DNA of 64,000 bases, from NCBI GenBank assembly GCA_034780895.1, contig JAUZTB010000048.1, forward strand, positions 3,841,244-3,905,243, given 5' to 3'. The translations under genes and the position numbers were made by a program. How positions within the stretch are numbered: position 1 is the first letter of the stretch; each line of letters starts with the position of its first letter. Origin of the DNA: Rhynchobatus australiae (lineage: Eukaryota). Under the pieces are notes generated by a model, which saw only the letters and a list, made by a program, of their open reading frames with translations, was not told the DNA's origin and made no database searches. Shown here in pieces: positions 12,801 to 27,800 of this stretch.

Positions 12801-15800
12801 TTGATCCATAAGAGCAAGTGGTACGGCCACTATTACGATACGTTACTGATTAGTGCTTTCTGTGGGCAGTCANNNNNNNNNNACTAAGTTGTAAGTATCA
12901 AAATAAGATGTTGCCTGATGGATGCTGAAGCCTCTTTCCATCATGTGTTTCTGTGCAGATTTCTGGATATCAGCAGGGGAATCAAGGGAAATGGGACTAC
13001 CAAAGCAAAATGGCGTTGAGGTATCAGATAAGCCACAATCTTATTGCATGGCACAGCTGATGCAAGGGCCTAATGGTTTGACCTAGCTTTTATTTCTTAT
13101 GCTCTTATGTAGGGAATAGTGCAGTCATGCACTCAGGCACACAGAATTCAGGTACAGAGTAGAACACAAATTAACGTAAACACCAGGATCCAAAGATCAG
13201 AGATAGCACAGTACTAGATTAAGTACAATGGTCCCCATCTACTAACCACCTCAAGACGGGCACCTTTGTTCTTGATGGTGCAGAGAAGAGCAAAAAAGTG
13301 CTTTGTTATAAAGAGGGACTTTGTTATAGAATTAAACTTTGTATCCTGGGAGTTTCTTTTCAAATAGAAGGGTTCTGACGCAAGTCATTAAAATTATTTA
13401 GGATACAAATAAATAGGATTGATTATTTGAATTGTTGCTCGTGGCAGAGCTTTGGCCTCCTCTCCAAATGAAGGAATCAGGGAGTGAGAATGAATGCAAA
13501 GGATTTATTTTTCTCCGAATAAGGTCTCCCCATGGAACAGCATTCTGGAGGGCAGTGAAAATCGACTCAGTTCATTATGGCACTCAACAGATGAAAAGTA
13601 TGAGAGAGAAACAGAAGGATTTGAGGATAATAACCAACAGACCAGGATCTCCTGGTGCTTGCCTGATTTCCTTATAGGGACTGAGAGAGTTTTTTTGACA
13701 GAGTGTTCCTCAACTGGTAACTGGTCCATGAGTCCAAACAGAACTGGGACAACTATGTCTTAAGAGTCAGATGGCCTATTCTAATTCAAAGTACTTAATG
13801 CTGCACAATAAAACCTGACCAAAGGTAAGATTTCACAAAAAGGAGATAAATAATATTCTCCTCATAATCTGGCCTCAAAATAGAAATGAATGATTTTGCC
13901 CAGTGATGTTTTCTGATCTGTGGCCTTATATCTCACCATTAAAGTTCTTGTTCCTTGAAACAAAACACTTTAACTGAGTGTTGATGCAACCCTTTGACCT
14001 ACACTTGGTCTACTTTGACAATGCAGGCTAACACCTTGGACCCTCACCTCCATATGTGTGACCATACTGTCCATCAGCTCTTCACCAAACGGAGGATTTG
14101 CTTCAAAGGAGCCGCTGACTGGTGAGAAAGTCAAGAATGAGCTGTAAAGGAGAAAACAAGTAGCAACTTTCACACAGTTCAGCGTCAGCTCTACAGACAG
14201 GTGTATACAAAAGGGACAACACATAGAGGACATGGTCCGTGACCCTGTGGTCGAATCATTTGCCCACAGCACAATCCACCTTCCATCCTCAGTGAACACA
14301 GTGATCAAACACTTCTAGCACAAACCCAAAAATCTGGGCCTCAGCCAAAGCTCAAAGCCAGGAATTTGACCTTCACCCCCCACCATCTGAGGGAATTGTG
14401 CCTCACACAGAAGTGAAGAAATCTCATATCTAAGCTCACAGGAAGCATAAACCAAAGAAAATGGCCACCATTCCAAAAACAAACACAGGGACCTGACTCC
14501 CACCCGCAGTACAGACATGGGGATCTGACTATTACCACACATAAGGCCCTGGGATCCCACATTCTCTCATAGTACAAATCTCCAATTACTACAAAAACCT
14601 TCTAACTACAAATATGCTGTCCCAGGTATAAATCCTCTCTCCCCTAAGTGATAACCCTGTATGTTTTGATTATAAACTTACTTCCCTCTGAGAATAAAAC
14701 ATCGCACTCTACCGTGTAGGAAATTCTCATTCCACTCTGGAAAAGTAATTTCTGTCATGCATATATATACTTTCTTCTCTCTGTATAAACACAACCTCCT
14801 TTGAATATAAACTCACTTAGTGGATAAATCCACTGTCCTTTGAACAAAACCCTAGTAATCTATGAACCTCCCCGCCCTGATGATAAGCTCTTTCCCAAGT
14901 ATATTTCCTTTCCCCTCTGAATGTAAAGTCTCTCTGCCGGGCAAAATCCTGCCCTCCTCTACATGAATCTTCCCTCCTCTTGACGTACATTCCCTCTCTC
15001 CTACATATATATCCTCTCTCATCTGGGTATTATTGTCTCCGTTTGACTATAAACCTCCTCTCCTAGACCATTAACCCTCATTTGTCACTGCATAGATCAC
15101 CTCTCTGAGCATAAACCCTCGTTCTTCTAANNNNNNNNNNNNNNNNNNNNNNNNNNNNNNNNNNNNNNNNNNNNNNNNNNNNNNNNNNNNNNNNNNNNNN
15201 NNNNNNNNNNNNNNNNNNNNNNNNNNNNNNTAGAACTCTCTCCCGAGTATTATGTCTCTTTCTAACAATGAAGTTTGACTCCTCTGTGAATAAAGCCTCT
15301 GTCCTTTGAGCCTAAACCATCTCTTCAAAGCAAAATCCTTTTTTTGAACATAAACGTGCTCCCCTCTAACAACTAGAGCCCTGATGCACGGCTTTGACCT
15401 GAAACGTCAACAATTCCTTTCCCCACAGAGATGCTGCAGGACCCGCTGGGTTCCTCCAGCAGATTGTTGGTTGGGGTCCCCTCCAAGAACTCTTGATTCT
15501 GTTTTTAAGTCCTCCTATTTGTGTAAAATTCCTTCTCCTCAGTACAAATCCTCTCCCCCACAGAACAGTTACAGCAAAATGGAAGCCATACATCCTGTTG
15601 AGACTACACCAGCTTTATGTAAAAGCAATCCCATTAATTCTGCTCTCCCACCCTCTTCCCATCACCCCTCAAATCCTTTCCTTTCTGATATTTATCCATT
15701 CTCCACTAATTGCAACAACTAAAACTGCCCACACTACTGTTCCAAGCAAGACATTTCATTTGCTAAATCATACATTTCCTTCATGCTACCTTTGGTTCAT

Positions 15801-18800
15801 TTTGCCACTTAACTTCAATCTCTGGTAATGCTTGACCCCTCCGTCAATGGAACAGTTTTTACCTAACTCTATCTACACCCGACATGATTTCAAATACCTC
15901 TATCAGGTTCCCTTGCAATCTCCAAACTGCTGTTCTGACAAAGGCTTGCAGAGCCGAAACATTGACCAGTAATGACAAAGCATCACACACCCAAAATGTT
16001 GACTGTTTCTCTTTCCACGGATGCTGCCTGATCTGCTGAGTTCTTCCAGGATTTTGCTTTTATGTCAGATTTCCAGCATCTGCAAGTTTCTTATATTTTC
16101 ACTCCTTGCAAATCTCCCAAGTTCCAAGGAAAACAAACCCAGTTTCTTCAGTCTATCCACATAAGTCGTTTGTCTCGGGAATTATTTTAGTAAATTATCT
16201 GCAACCTGTCCAAAGGCCTTTACATCATTGCGAAAGGACAGCATGCAGAACTGCACCTAATAGTCCACTCACAGCCATCATGGCATCCTTGGTCTTGTAC
16301 TCAATGGCTCTATTTATAAGCCTAAGATCCATGATGCCATTTTTACCACCTTCTCAACCCCGTCTGCCATTATCAACAAACCATGCATGTATACCCCCAG
16401 ATCGCTCTGCTCTTGTATTCCTTCCAGAATTATGGCGTCCAGTTTATATTGCCTCTGCTCATACTTCATACAAAATGCAACACTATGCCTGAGCATGAAG
16501 ACTCTCTCCTCCTGGCATAAACACTCTCTGCTCAGACTAAAAACCACGTTGTCACTGAGTATAAAGCACGAACCCTATCTCGAAGCACAATCTCACCACT
16601 CTTCCTCTGGGCACAATTCCCTACCTCCTCTGAGTAACAACATTCCTGACTACTACCTGGCATAAATCCTTGCCTCTGAGCATCTGAGTTAGCACTTTCT
16701 CTGTTGAGTACAAATTCTGTCTGTTCCGAGGATAAACCACCTCCCTTCCAAGCATAAAACCCTCTCTCCTAAATATTAAAATACCCAAGCTTCTGAATAA
16801 TACAATCTCTCACTCCTGAGAAAAAAAACGTTCTGTCCCATGAACAAAACCCTCCCCCAACCTGGCATACACTCACTCACCTCTAAACCCTCTGGGCATA
16901 AACACACTGTGCTCTGAGTGTAAATCCGTCCTTCTCTCTCCTTAATAGGAAGCCTCTCTTTGAATATGAAACTCAGCTCCTTCAGGCATAAACCTTCCAA
17001 ACTCTGACCATAAATCATCTCTTTTCGAAGCAAAATCTCTCCTCCATCTCTTTAAAACCCACTTGAGCAAAACTCTCACTCCTGCATATAAATCCACTCT
17101 CATCTGAGCAAAAGCACTTCTCATCTGAGCATAAACTCTCTCCTTTCAGTAAGAACTCTCTCCTGAATGCAAATCCTCTCTTTTGACTGTCTACTGACTC
17201 TGCTTTCTGTCCTTTATCCACCTTTTTCCCCCTATGCTGCTATTAACATCATTATCCCATGGCCTTCAGTTTCACTAATTAAGTCTTTTATGTGAGACTT
17301 TGTCAAGTACCTGAAAGCTCATTTAGATAATATTAATTGCATTCACGTGATCAAAACTTCCTGTTATAACAAAAAAGCTCAATTACCTTAGTCAACTACT
17401 ATTTACCTTTTACAAATCCATGCTGGTTCTTTTATTAACCCAATCTTCTCCAAATTCCTATTAGTGTTTTCTTCAATTATTGTTTATAAAACTTTCTGAA
17501 CAAGATGTCCCATTGACCATTTTCCGATCCCCTAGCAACTCTGCTCCGTCTAAGACTAACTGGAAGTTTCTGGCAAGCCTTCCACAATCTCCATCTCACC
17601 TCCCTCATCAAATAAGGTTATGTCCTACTTAATAACTTATTTATTTTAAGCAGAGCTGAACCTTCTAATACTTTTTCCTTATTAATTTTTATCCTTTATT
17701 TCTACTACCTCTGCTATTGTGAGATATTTTAGTTTGTTTCATCATTTCATCTCCTCTGCCATCCATGGTTCCTCTTGCTTTACCACTTGTGAGAATCGCC
17801 CTACCTTGCTCTTTAGAAGTTTCTCATTGTTCAGTTACAGTTTTACCTGTGAATATTCGGTATCACTCTACCCTGGCCATATCCTCTCACATCTATTGAA
17901 GTTAGCCCTTCTCCAATTAAAATTCTATTTTAGATCATTCCTTATTTTCCTCCATTATAAATCTTGTAATACAATGGAGCACTGCTCCCCATCCTCCTAT
18001 GGTGCACTTTTCCCATAATTAAATCCACCAAGGTCTCCTTCCATATTGGGCTGAAAATAAACTAATCAAGCAAGTTNNNNNNNNNNNNNNNNNNNNNNNN
18101 NNNNNNNNNNNNNNNNNNNNNNNNNNNNNNNNNNNNNNNNNNNNNNNNNNNNNNNNNNNNNNNNNNNNNNNNNNNNNNNNNNNNNNNNNNNNNNNNNNNN
18201 NNNNNNNNNNNNNNNNNNNNNNNNNNNNNNNNNNNNNNNNNNNNNNNNNNNNNNNNNNNNNNNNNNNNNNNNNNNNNNNNNNNNNNNNNNNNNNNNNNNN
18301 NNNNNNNNNNNNNNNNNNNNNNNNNNNNNNNNNNNNNNNNNNNNNNNNNNNNNNNNNNNNNNNNNNNNNNNNNNNNNNNNNNNNNNNNNNNNNNNNNNNN
18401 NNNNNNNNNNNNNNNNNNNNNNNNNNNNNNNNNNNNNNNNNNNNNNNNNNNNNNNNNNNNNNNNNNNNNNNNNNNNNAGCAAGTTCTTCCGAACAATTTT
18501 AGAAATTCCTCCTTTGCCCCACTTCAATATTAATCCCTCAAGCACATCCTTCCTCTTCAGCAATAGTTCCTTCTTAATCAGTACTGCCAGCCACACCTTT
18601 TACCATTCCTTGCCTTTTCTGAACACAACGTATCCAGGAGTATGAATCCTAGTTCTGTCCTATTTTAAGTCATGTCTCAGCTACTGGCATTGTACCAAGT
18701 TCCCACATGGCTCTTTGTGCTTCCAGCTTGCCAACCTTATTTACCACACTTTACGCACATCTTTATCTATATCTTTACCATATCTTTCTTGCAGCTTCAT

Positions 18801-21800
18801 GTGCAGGCTGCTCCCACCCAAACTGCATTACTTCCTAGAGAGGTGCCATCCAACAGTCCCCCACCTAAGTGCACCTCACTTTTTCTTTAAGCTGTTACAT
18901 ACTGTTGTCCATCCACATCAAATTACTGCACAAGTCCCATGATTGCACAAGGCATTGGAGAGGTAAACCCTCTCTCCTGTGTCCCTCAAACAAAAACTGC
19001 CTGAGTATAAACCCTTTCTTCTTGGAGTTAAAACTCTTCCCTGAATATAAGCATCGTCTCTTTTGAGTAAAAATCATTCCTTTCTGCATATAAACTCTCT
19101 CTCGTCTTTATAGAAACCCACTGTCTCCACTCTATACAAACCCTTATATACACAGACTTTCTTCTCTGCATATAAACCCAATGTCTCCTCTGTACATAAA
19201 CCTTCTCTGTACTTAACTCCCTCGCCTTTCTGTATATAAACTGTATCGACATTTTCTCTTATCTGTATGTGAACCCCTCTCCTCAGCATAACAGTAAACC
19301 TGAAACTATCAGATTTACATAGAAAAATCATCCGCTTTACTTCTGGGAAGGGAACATGCCATGCTTACTTGGCCTGAGCGACATGTCACACCAGAACTAA
19401 CCATGTTGTCAACTCTTAACTGGCTCCTTAATTCAGGAGCAATTAAGGAGGAACATTGCACACCAGCATTACCAGTGACATCCACATCCTATGAATGAAT
19501 AAGAGAAAGCCCCGTCCCCTCTGTGTGGATCACTCTCCTCTGAGCATAAATATCCTCTCTGTTGTATAAATCTGCGGATAATCCTCCGATCAGTTCCCTC
19601 ATGCAAACTTCCATCACTATGCTTGCTGACTTTTTATGAATCCTTTTCCACCAATTTCTAAACTCTCATCCAGATTTTGAAATTTCTCCTAAAATTCTGG
19701 CCTCTTCCCTATCTTGTAATATAATGATTCCATCACTACTGACTGTGGCAAAGAATCTCTTGTCCCTCAATACATCTCTCTGGTCCTCCTACTCTGTCTG
19801 TTTTTTTAATGTGCTCCTTAAGACATTTTTCTAGCCCCCTTTTGTGCTTTGATGCCAAATACAATAACTGCCAAGGACTTTGAAATATTTTTCAAACAGT
19901 AAAGGTGCAATATAATGGTAAGTTGCTGTCATGTACTCATTCACAGTGGAAACCTTTCACTGTACATTCCATCCCTTGCTGTGAGAGCCTTTGAGCCCAT
20001 GCTGGCTCTTTTTAAAGCAATAGTTGGTTTCCAATTTTTCTTCCCTTAACTATCCAATTCTTTTTGAAAAGCTCTGCTTGCACCATACTTTCAGATCACG
20101 ACTGCATGTTGCATTAGAAAGAGTTCCTCATGCCACCCATGGTTCTTTTATCAATCACTGAAATCTATGTTTTCTGGTTTTCAACCTTCCCCTTGGAAAC
20201 AGTTTCTCTGTATTCATTTTGACTGATGATTTTTGAACACTTTCAACCTCTATTTTCTTTGCACTAAGGACAACAATCCCAGTTTCTCCAGTCTCTCCAT
20301 GCAATTGAAACCCCTCATCCCTGGGATCAATCTACTAAATCTTTCTTGCACCCTCTGTAGAGCTGCTACACCCAAATGCAGAAAGTGGTGACCACAATTA
20401 GATACAATACACTGGGTTGCACTAAATCATTGTTTATAAATGTTAACATAACCCCTTTGCTTCCGTATTCTGGCTCAATTTACAAAGTCCAGGAACCTGC
20501 ATGTTTTGTTTTTAAATAAATTTCTCAATCCTCCTGCCACCTCTGAAGATTGTGCACATATACATTCAGGTCTATCAGTGCCTTTAGAATTGAGCCCTTT
20601 ATATTTTTCATTTCTTTCTAACAAATTGCATAATTTCCTACTCTGTTTGGAACTTCAACTGCCAGGTGTCCTCCCATTTCAGCAACCTGTTTACATTCCT
20701 TGAAGCCCATCAATTACAGTCCTCTTTATCCAAGCTCCTCCTCCCTGCCTATAGACAGAAAATGCTAGAAATGAATGTAACTGTAATTAACCCTGGATCC
20801 CTTTCCTGAAGAATTCAGTATTTAGCCTGATGTACAGTGGAACCCCAGTACCAGCAGCTCCCGAAGGACAGAGTTAAGTTCCAAGGGACCTCTGTGGATA
20901 GAGGACAATTTTCAAGTGAATAGTCAGGATCAGTGTATTTTCAGGTGTAGGAACTAATATGATGCAAGCTAACCTTTTATTCTATCTTGGTTATGCAAAT
21001 TCTAAAAAAAAAGAAAATGTATGTATGCAGAAGTTCACTCTATAAATGTTTGCAGCATCGAATGTTTCATGCCCATAAATGCAAAGCTCATCCATGCTGC
21101 TTACCAACTGAAAGTCTATTCCGTTAACATTTGATATCGTTTTTTTGCAACTAGGCAGAATTTCTCTTCTAGACGGGTGTGAACAGGGGTTCTTAGTCAT
21201 AGAGTCACACAGCACGGAAATGGTTCCTCTGGCCCAACTGGTCCAGGACAGCCAAGATTCCCACCTAAGCTAGTCCCATTTGCCTGCGTTTGGCCCATAT
21301 CCCTCTAAACTGTTCCTATCCATGTACCCATCCAAGTACCTTTTAAACGTTGTTAATGTACCTTCCTCTGGCAGCTCATTCCAAATACTGAACACCCTCC
21401 AGGTGAAAAAGTTGCCCCTCAGGTTCCTATTAAATCTCTCCCCTAATAGCCTGCCATTAATTCATGTGTTTCTACTGTTCAGATAAAATAACAGTTCATC
21501 GTAGGTAATAATAACCAGAGAGAAGCTTGCTTTCTTTGAATCAAGCAGCATTGGCCCTTGGGTAAAACTGACAGACCTGACAATCTTATCTCCAAGGATA
21601 TCACTGAGGTTAGAACCGCAAGTTTTAAGTGCCTCCTGCCACCAGGGATGAATGATAAACTGTGGAACACTTTAGTTGTGTTGAAAGGAAAGGAGGGTAA
21701 AGGTGATGATAATGGTTCATAGCTAAAGTTCCCAAGCATCATGGAGAAGAATAACATTGCTTGGGGATACTACTAGCCTGCTATCCATGCAAGAGGTTTC

Positions 21801-24800
21801 ATGGCATGCTGATGAATGGTTGTCAATTTGAAAAGCTAACCTTAATTTTCTGCCTGACCTGCTGACAGCTTTCAACAATTTCCATCTTTATTTCAGATTC
21901 CCATTGCTGCATTTTCTTAGTTTTTTATTCAATGTTTTTGTTATCTGCTTGACAGGAGATAGGCTTAATTCTAGAGGTTTAGCAGAAATGCTGTGAATTT
22001 GAATATACCGAAACGTCGACTGTTTATTTCCCTCCATAGATGCTGCCTGACCTGCTGAGCTCCTCTAGCTTTTTTTGTGTGTTGCTAGTAATTCAATGCT
22101 GTATCCAGTTTTGTCTGCTCAGTTGCTCTTCATTCATCATGGGATGCTGAACTTAACTGATTGAGTTTGGCCAGGTTAAGTGGTAACCTGGAGGGAATTG
22201 CCAGTGCAGTATCTGGTATATTCAAAGTATCCTGCAGGATCTAATATGTGGTCATTCAACAAAATGGGCATATGTGAATGTCACAAGAGCTTTGGCTTCA
22301 TTTTTAAATTTAGCAGTAAATTTTGCTGGTGTTTTATGGACATATTCTCACCTGCTGCCCCAAAAGAGTTATTTTCCTATCCCAAGAATTTGCATTCATA
22401 TAATTATGAGATAAATTTAGAAGTAGTGAACTTGGAATATTCACTATGTAGGATAATCATTCTGGATCTTTGTTCCCTGTGATCAACAGCAGTTGGTGAG
22501 AAAATTTGCAGTCAATGTTGGCTATCTAGATTAGCAAGTGAGGTAACTTTTGAGTCAATAAGAACTATTCAGTGCCACATTCATCTGCTCACATTGGTTA
22601 TCTCCCCCCAATCAAAGGCCTTTTTAGATTCTTAGTACGCTATCCTTTCCTGTTTTCTAAAATTTAGGACATTAGATGATGATGTAGTCATCAAATGAAA
22701 TGTGACTGTAATCTATGTTATTACTTAAAGGGATTCCTAATTTTCCTTTCTATCCCTTTGCTTTGTAGCTTCCTAATCTGTAAAGAAGTTTCCTTTCAGC
22801 AACATCACAAGTCTTAGTTAACTCATGACAGATCAGTGTGGTCAATTTCCACCACATCAGGGACACATCTCAGTGGTATGGTCAGCTGCAACGAAGTCAC
22901 AGGTAAGACAAATGCAACAAGCCAACAACTCAGACCTACACTTTTATAATCCCTCATAATTTTGAACAAGCTTAATTAAAATGTCTCTTAACATTCTCTG
23001 CACCATGAATGATTGTCTTTTCTAATCTCTTCAGATAACCAAAGTCCCTCATCCCTGATATTATTCTAGCAAGTTTCTTCTGCAATCTCTCCTAGTGCCT
23101 TAATACAATTTCTTAAGAATTAGACACAATACTCAAAAAAATCTATGACTAATTGGCAAATTATAAGGGCCTAGGATAACTTCCTAGCCTTTCTTTGACT
23201 CTAGTCAGAATCTTCCATAAAAAAATTCAGTTTTATCAGTTTGTTGTGTACATACAAATAATTTCTGTACAAATCAATTCCTGAATATTATATCCCCCCA
23301 TACACTTTCTCTGTTTGTTTGGCAGCTGGAGAGTAGGAAGTGTCTAGGCAGGATTCTCCAAATATTATGATTGTGGGACAATCTTGATGGACCTGCTGGT
23401 CCTTTCCAACATGACAATTTCCTATGTAGGTCTCTCTGATCCTGAAATCTAATTAAAATTCCATTGATAACATTACATTCAAGTAATGATAATAATCGTT
23501 TGCAGAAATTGGTATCAGGACACTCAGTATTGGTATAAATAACACAGATAATGATGTCAGTACATCAGGTACTGATAGTGGCACAATGATGTCTGATAAC
23601 AATCGTAAGTGTACCTGGCATTAACAGTTCATGGGATGTGGATATCACTGGCAATGGCAGTATTCTCTGACCATACCTCCCTAATTAAACATGGTTAACC
23701 ATGCTATTGTGGGTCTGGAGTCATGCCTGGCACAACCAGATGTGGATAACACATTTTCTTCCCTAATATACATTTATAAACCAAGGAAGTTTTTAAGATA
23801 ATTTCATGGTCATTGGTAATGAAACTAGTTCTCTTTTATTCCAGATTTGTTTAACTACTTGAACTTAAAACTGTGGGTTCAAAGCCATGTCTTCAGATCA
23901 ATTATCCAGGATTTGGATGGAACTCCAGTTACATACCCTTCTGTACCCTGTTTGGGTACACAAATTATTACATGGGTACATCATGCTTTAGTGTCAGTGC
24001 ATAAGATATCATCAGAGATACAAGTGTTATTCAAATCAATAAACTGGGTATTGATATCAGTACATCAGCTTCTAATATAGATAACACAGATATTGATAAC
24101 AGTTCACCAGGTACCAATAATGGCATTTGTGCCATTTTGCTTAGTTTTATTTATTTCTGTGCAAATAAGTGGGAGAGAATTCAGAATGTGTTAAGATAAA
24201 GAAAAGTTGAGAAAAGCAGGATGAACAGGTGGATGTTTATTATGAGGTAATGCCACAAGCAGAGTGATAACATAAGATTAAGCCTGATACTATAGTTAAT
24301 TCGAGCCTCGTTTATGAACGGCTGGAAACAGGCTACATCACAGTGAATTCATGAGATCTCAGATGAACTAAATGAGTTGGAGAAAATGGCCAGGTATCAG
24401 ATAGTTAACAAAGCCTCAGATCTGTTATTTTCCATTTGGGGGTTACACTGGAAGCTATCACAGAGAAACAAAGCATCACATTGGAATGAAGGATTATGCT
24501 AAAATGTTAATTTTATAATGCTCTCCACACTTGGTGCCTGGCCTGTCTTCTATTTCAAATACTACAATTAGTTTGCCAATTTTCTTGGCCAGGACAGGAA
24601 TAATTGATCCCACAAAAGGTGTTGAAAAGCAGTTCAATGAGCTTTACTATATATCTACACTGCACTATATTTTGCTGGGACACTGCTCTTGCTGTGGAAA
24701 TAATCTTAAGAATTTGATTCTATGCCACTAACATTGTTTACCTTAGCAAATGACCAAAAAATACCAATTTTCAAAAAATAATAATATTAAGTAAAAATTT

Positions 24801-27800
24801 CAGAGAGCATGATTCAAGGAGGAGGATGCAGAACATCATGAAATACTTGGTTTGAAAAGAGAGAAGGTTGAAATAGAAGAACACACAGCTATATGGTACA
24901 TAATGAGACACGGACACAGAAGTGAGTGACACTTTGAAATGGCATGGAACAATGCACATGGGAATGAGAGGCACATGGGATTGATGAAGAATTGGGAATG
25001 AGAAAAATTTAAGTAGGAGATGCAAGTGAGAAAGAAAGGGGCTGTGCAAATGAGACATGGGAATGAGAAACAGGTATAGAAGTAAGAAAGAGAAACAAGG
25101 GAAGAAGAGAGAAATGTAAATGAGAGCACACCTGATAAAAGGAGAGGCATGGACAGAGACAAAAAAAGTGGCATGGAAGAAGGAAAGAAAAGCATAAGAA
25201 AGTAGAGGACTGGGTGGGAAAGTCACATGAGAAATAAAGGCACAGTCACAGTGAAAGCAACAGAGAAAGGCACACAAAACAAAACAGGAACAAGTGACAC
25301 AACAGTAGAGGGCACAGGTGAGCAGGACACATTAAGCAAAGAGTGATACTCTGATAAATGACATGAATTAATAATTCTTTCTGTGGCATTTCTTCACGTT
25401 TATCTGACACCTAATCATTAAATGTGATTGGGCTTTGCACATTTCTGTACATTTGAATTGGATTGCAAAATTATTCTGTGCATTTTATCAAACAGGCCTT
25501 ACCTGGAGTGATAAAGCCTGCTTCAGTGAGTAACCAATTCTTGCAAGCCAGGGAGCAAGTTTACCTGCTCTGCTGACATGGAGTTTGAGGTGTCCACCAT
25601 TTCACAGGTAGGTTCTCCTTTAAATATTTTCCTTGGTGCTTACTCCCCCTCCAGCCCACACTGTTAATGTTCTTTGGGACCCCGCTAACTTGTTCCCCAC
25701 CCTGTGAATGGATATTCCCTTCACCAAAAACCCACCATTTTGATTGCGTGTTTGACCCTATAACTCACCAATGTACCATCCTTGCGAGCATTTTCTCTAA
25801 TGTTACCCAAATCCCTCAAGGCTCTCTATTTCCTCCAAATGCACCCTGATCCTTACCAGCATATCCTCCATCAACGCTCTCCCAACCCCATCTCTTTAGC
25901 ACTCTGCAAGAAAGCTGTGTGCTTAAGTATGCAAAATATATTCGGCACAATGCCTTGGGCATCATGACTAACAGAATTTCCCAGCCAGTGGAATCTTGCA
26001 CAGAATTGTCATGGGCACTTGCTTGCCCCCCCCCCCCCACCATTTCTCTCCTTTCCACCTTTCCTGGTGCAGAAGAATGTCGCAGCCATTCAGACTTACA
26101 CCCATCCAAAATTATGCTCCAGTGAGGCCAATGAAAAATAAAATGGGACATGGTGTAAAACGAGGGCCTGACTCAAATCTGTCCTCCAGATGGACGAGGT
26201 TATAATTGCTTAGCAGGCACAAGTGAAAAATAAAATGAGATGAAGCAGCACAAACAAAAAGTGTCATTAATAAGAGGAAAAGAAAAACGTGCGAGAGAAA
26301 CTAACACGGAAGTGGTGAGAAAGACACAAGAGAAAAAACATACGGCAAACTTATTTTCTTGGAAGTAATAACCAAAATATTAAACTTTAAAGGTACATAA
26401 CCATCTAAAAACAGCTACAGAAGATAACCAAACTCTGATTTTAGTAGACCAACTGACCACAATGCACTGAAACACTTGCAATTAGCTCAGTATAATCAAC
26501 TCTTCAATAAATTATATCATACTCACCCCCTAGAACCAAAGTAGCCATCCGTGTCAGGGAACGCAGAGCAGTACTGTCTGAAGTAACAGTTCAGTGGTGA
26601 GGCAAAGCACTCGAACGTCACACCAAACTGTTTGTTCAGTGCTTCAAACACAGCTACTGGTAAAGCCCCTTGCAAGCCAGTACCTTCATGTGTTCCAAGA
26701 CCAAACATGGACTGAAACAAAACAGAAATCCCAGTATAAGATCATTTCTTTACACATTGAATCATTAGCAAGAGCCTGCACTTGTTTAAAGATGATATGC
26801 TGTGGTAAATCATAGTTTTGAAAAATACTGCCATGTAGCTGGAGGGAGAAACCACAGCAAACCAAACATCAGTCTTTGTTGTGAATGGATCCTGACCAAA
26901 ATTCCAGCTCACCTGCTCTGTTGTGCGATTTCTCTACTCACAAGAATTTTAGAATTGTGGTCACTCTCCATCTTTGAAAAAAATTCTAATCTCCGTAAAT
27001 AAGGATTTTGTTTTCAGCTAGAGTAGAATGGAAGTCTGGGGCAACTGCACAGGGACTGGTTGGTTGGAAGAGGTAGCATGCTATACAGAGGCTGCAGTCA
27101 TTTCCCTAAAAATTCATTCACAGTCAGTAGCATGAAATATGCTAGATAGCTCTGTCAGCAAATCATACTCTGGCCTCTGTGATCATTCCAATGACTTCAA
27201 GTGTTACCAAATGGAGATGAATTTCTAGGAAATTGTTTCTTTAAGAACTTTGCACTGAGATGTCGATTGGTGTTTTCTCTCTCTGTATAAATAGATCCTT
27301 ATTCAGGGTACATCCAGGGCTCTTTTTGTTTTACGNNNNNNNNNNNNNNNNNNNNNNNNNNNNNNNNNNNNNNNNNNNNNNNNNNNNNNNNNNNNNNNNN
27401 NNNNNNNNNNNNNNNNNNNNNNNNNNNNNNNNNNNTATAAGAAAACAGCAGAGTAGGCCACTCAGCCTGTCAAACCTGTGCCACCATTCAAAATGGTCAT
27501 GATGGATCTGCCCCAGGTCTGTGCCAGCTCCTTACAGACCTCAATTCGCCAATCTTTCAAAATTATATCTATTTCCTCTTCAAATACCAATCCACCCATT
27601 AACGAACACCAATGAGACTCAAAATAACAATAGAACTTGAACACAAAAGAGCATCTATCTTTCCATTAGAGACTCAGAGTTATGCAATGCTAAAGCAGCC
27701 TTACTATCCACTGGGTTACACAAGGCACTGGATGCAAGGCCTAGCTTAGATTAATGCTGCAGAAAGAGGAAGAGGGTTAGAGTGCTATTATCATCAAAAT

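Noticed and set aside
24771-25277. 168-aa hydrophobic ORF
   Set aside because: Artefact of the purine-rich low-complexity tract
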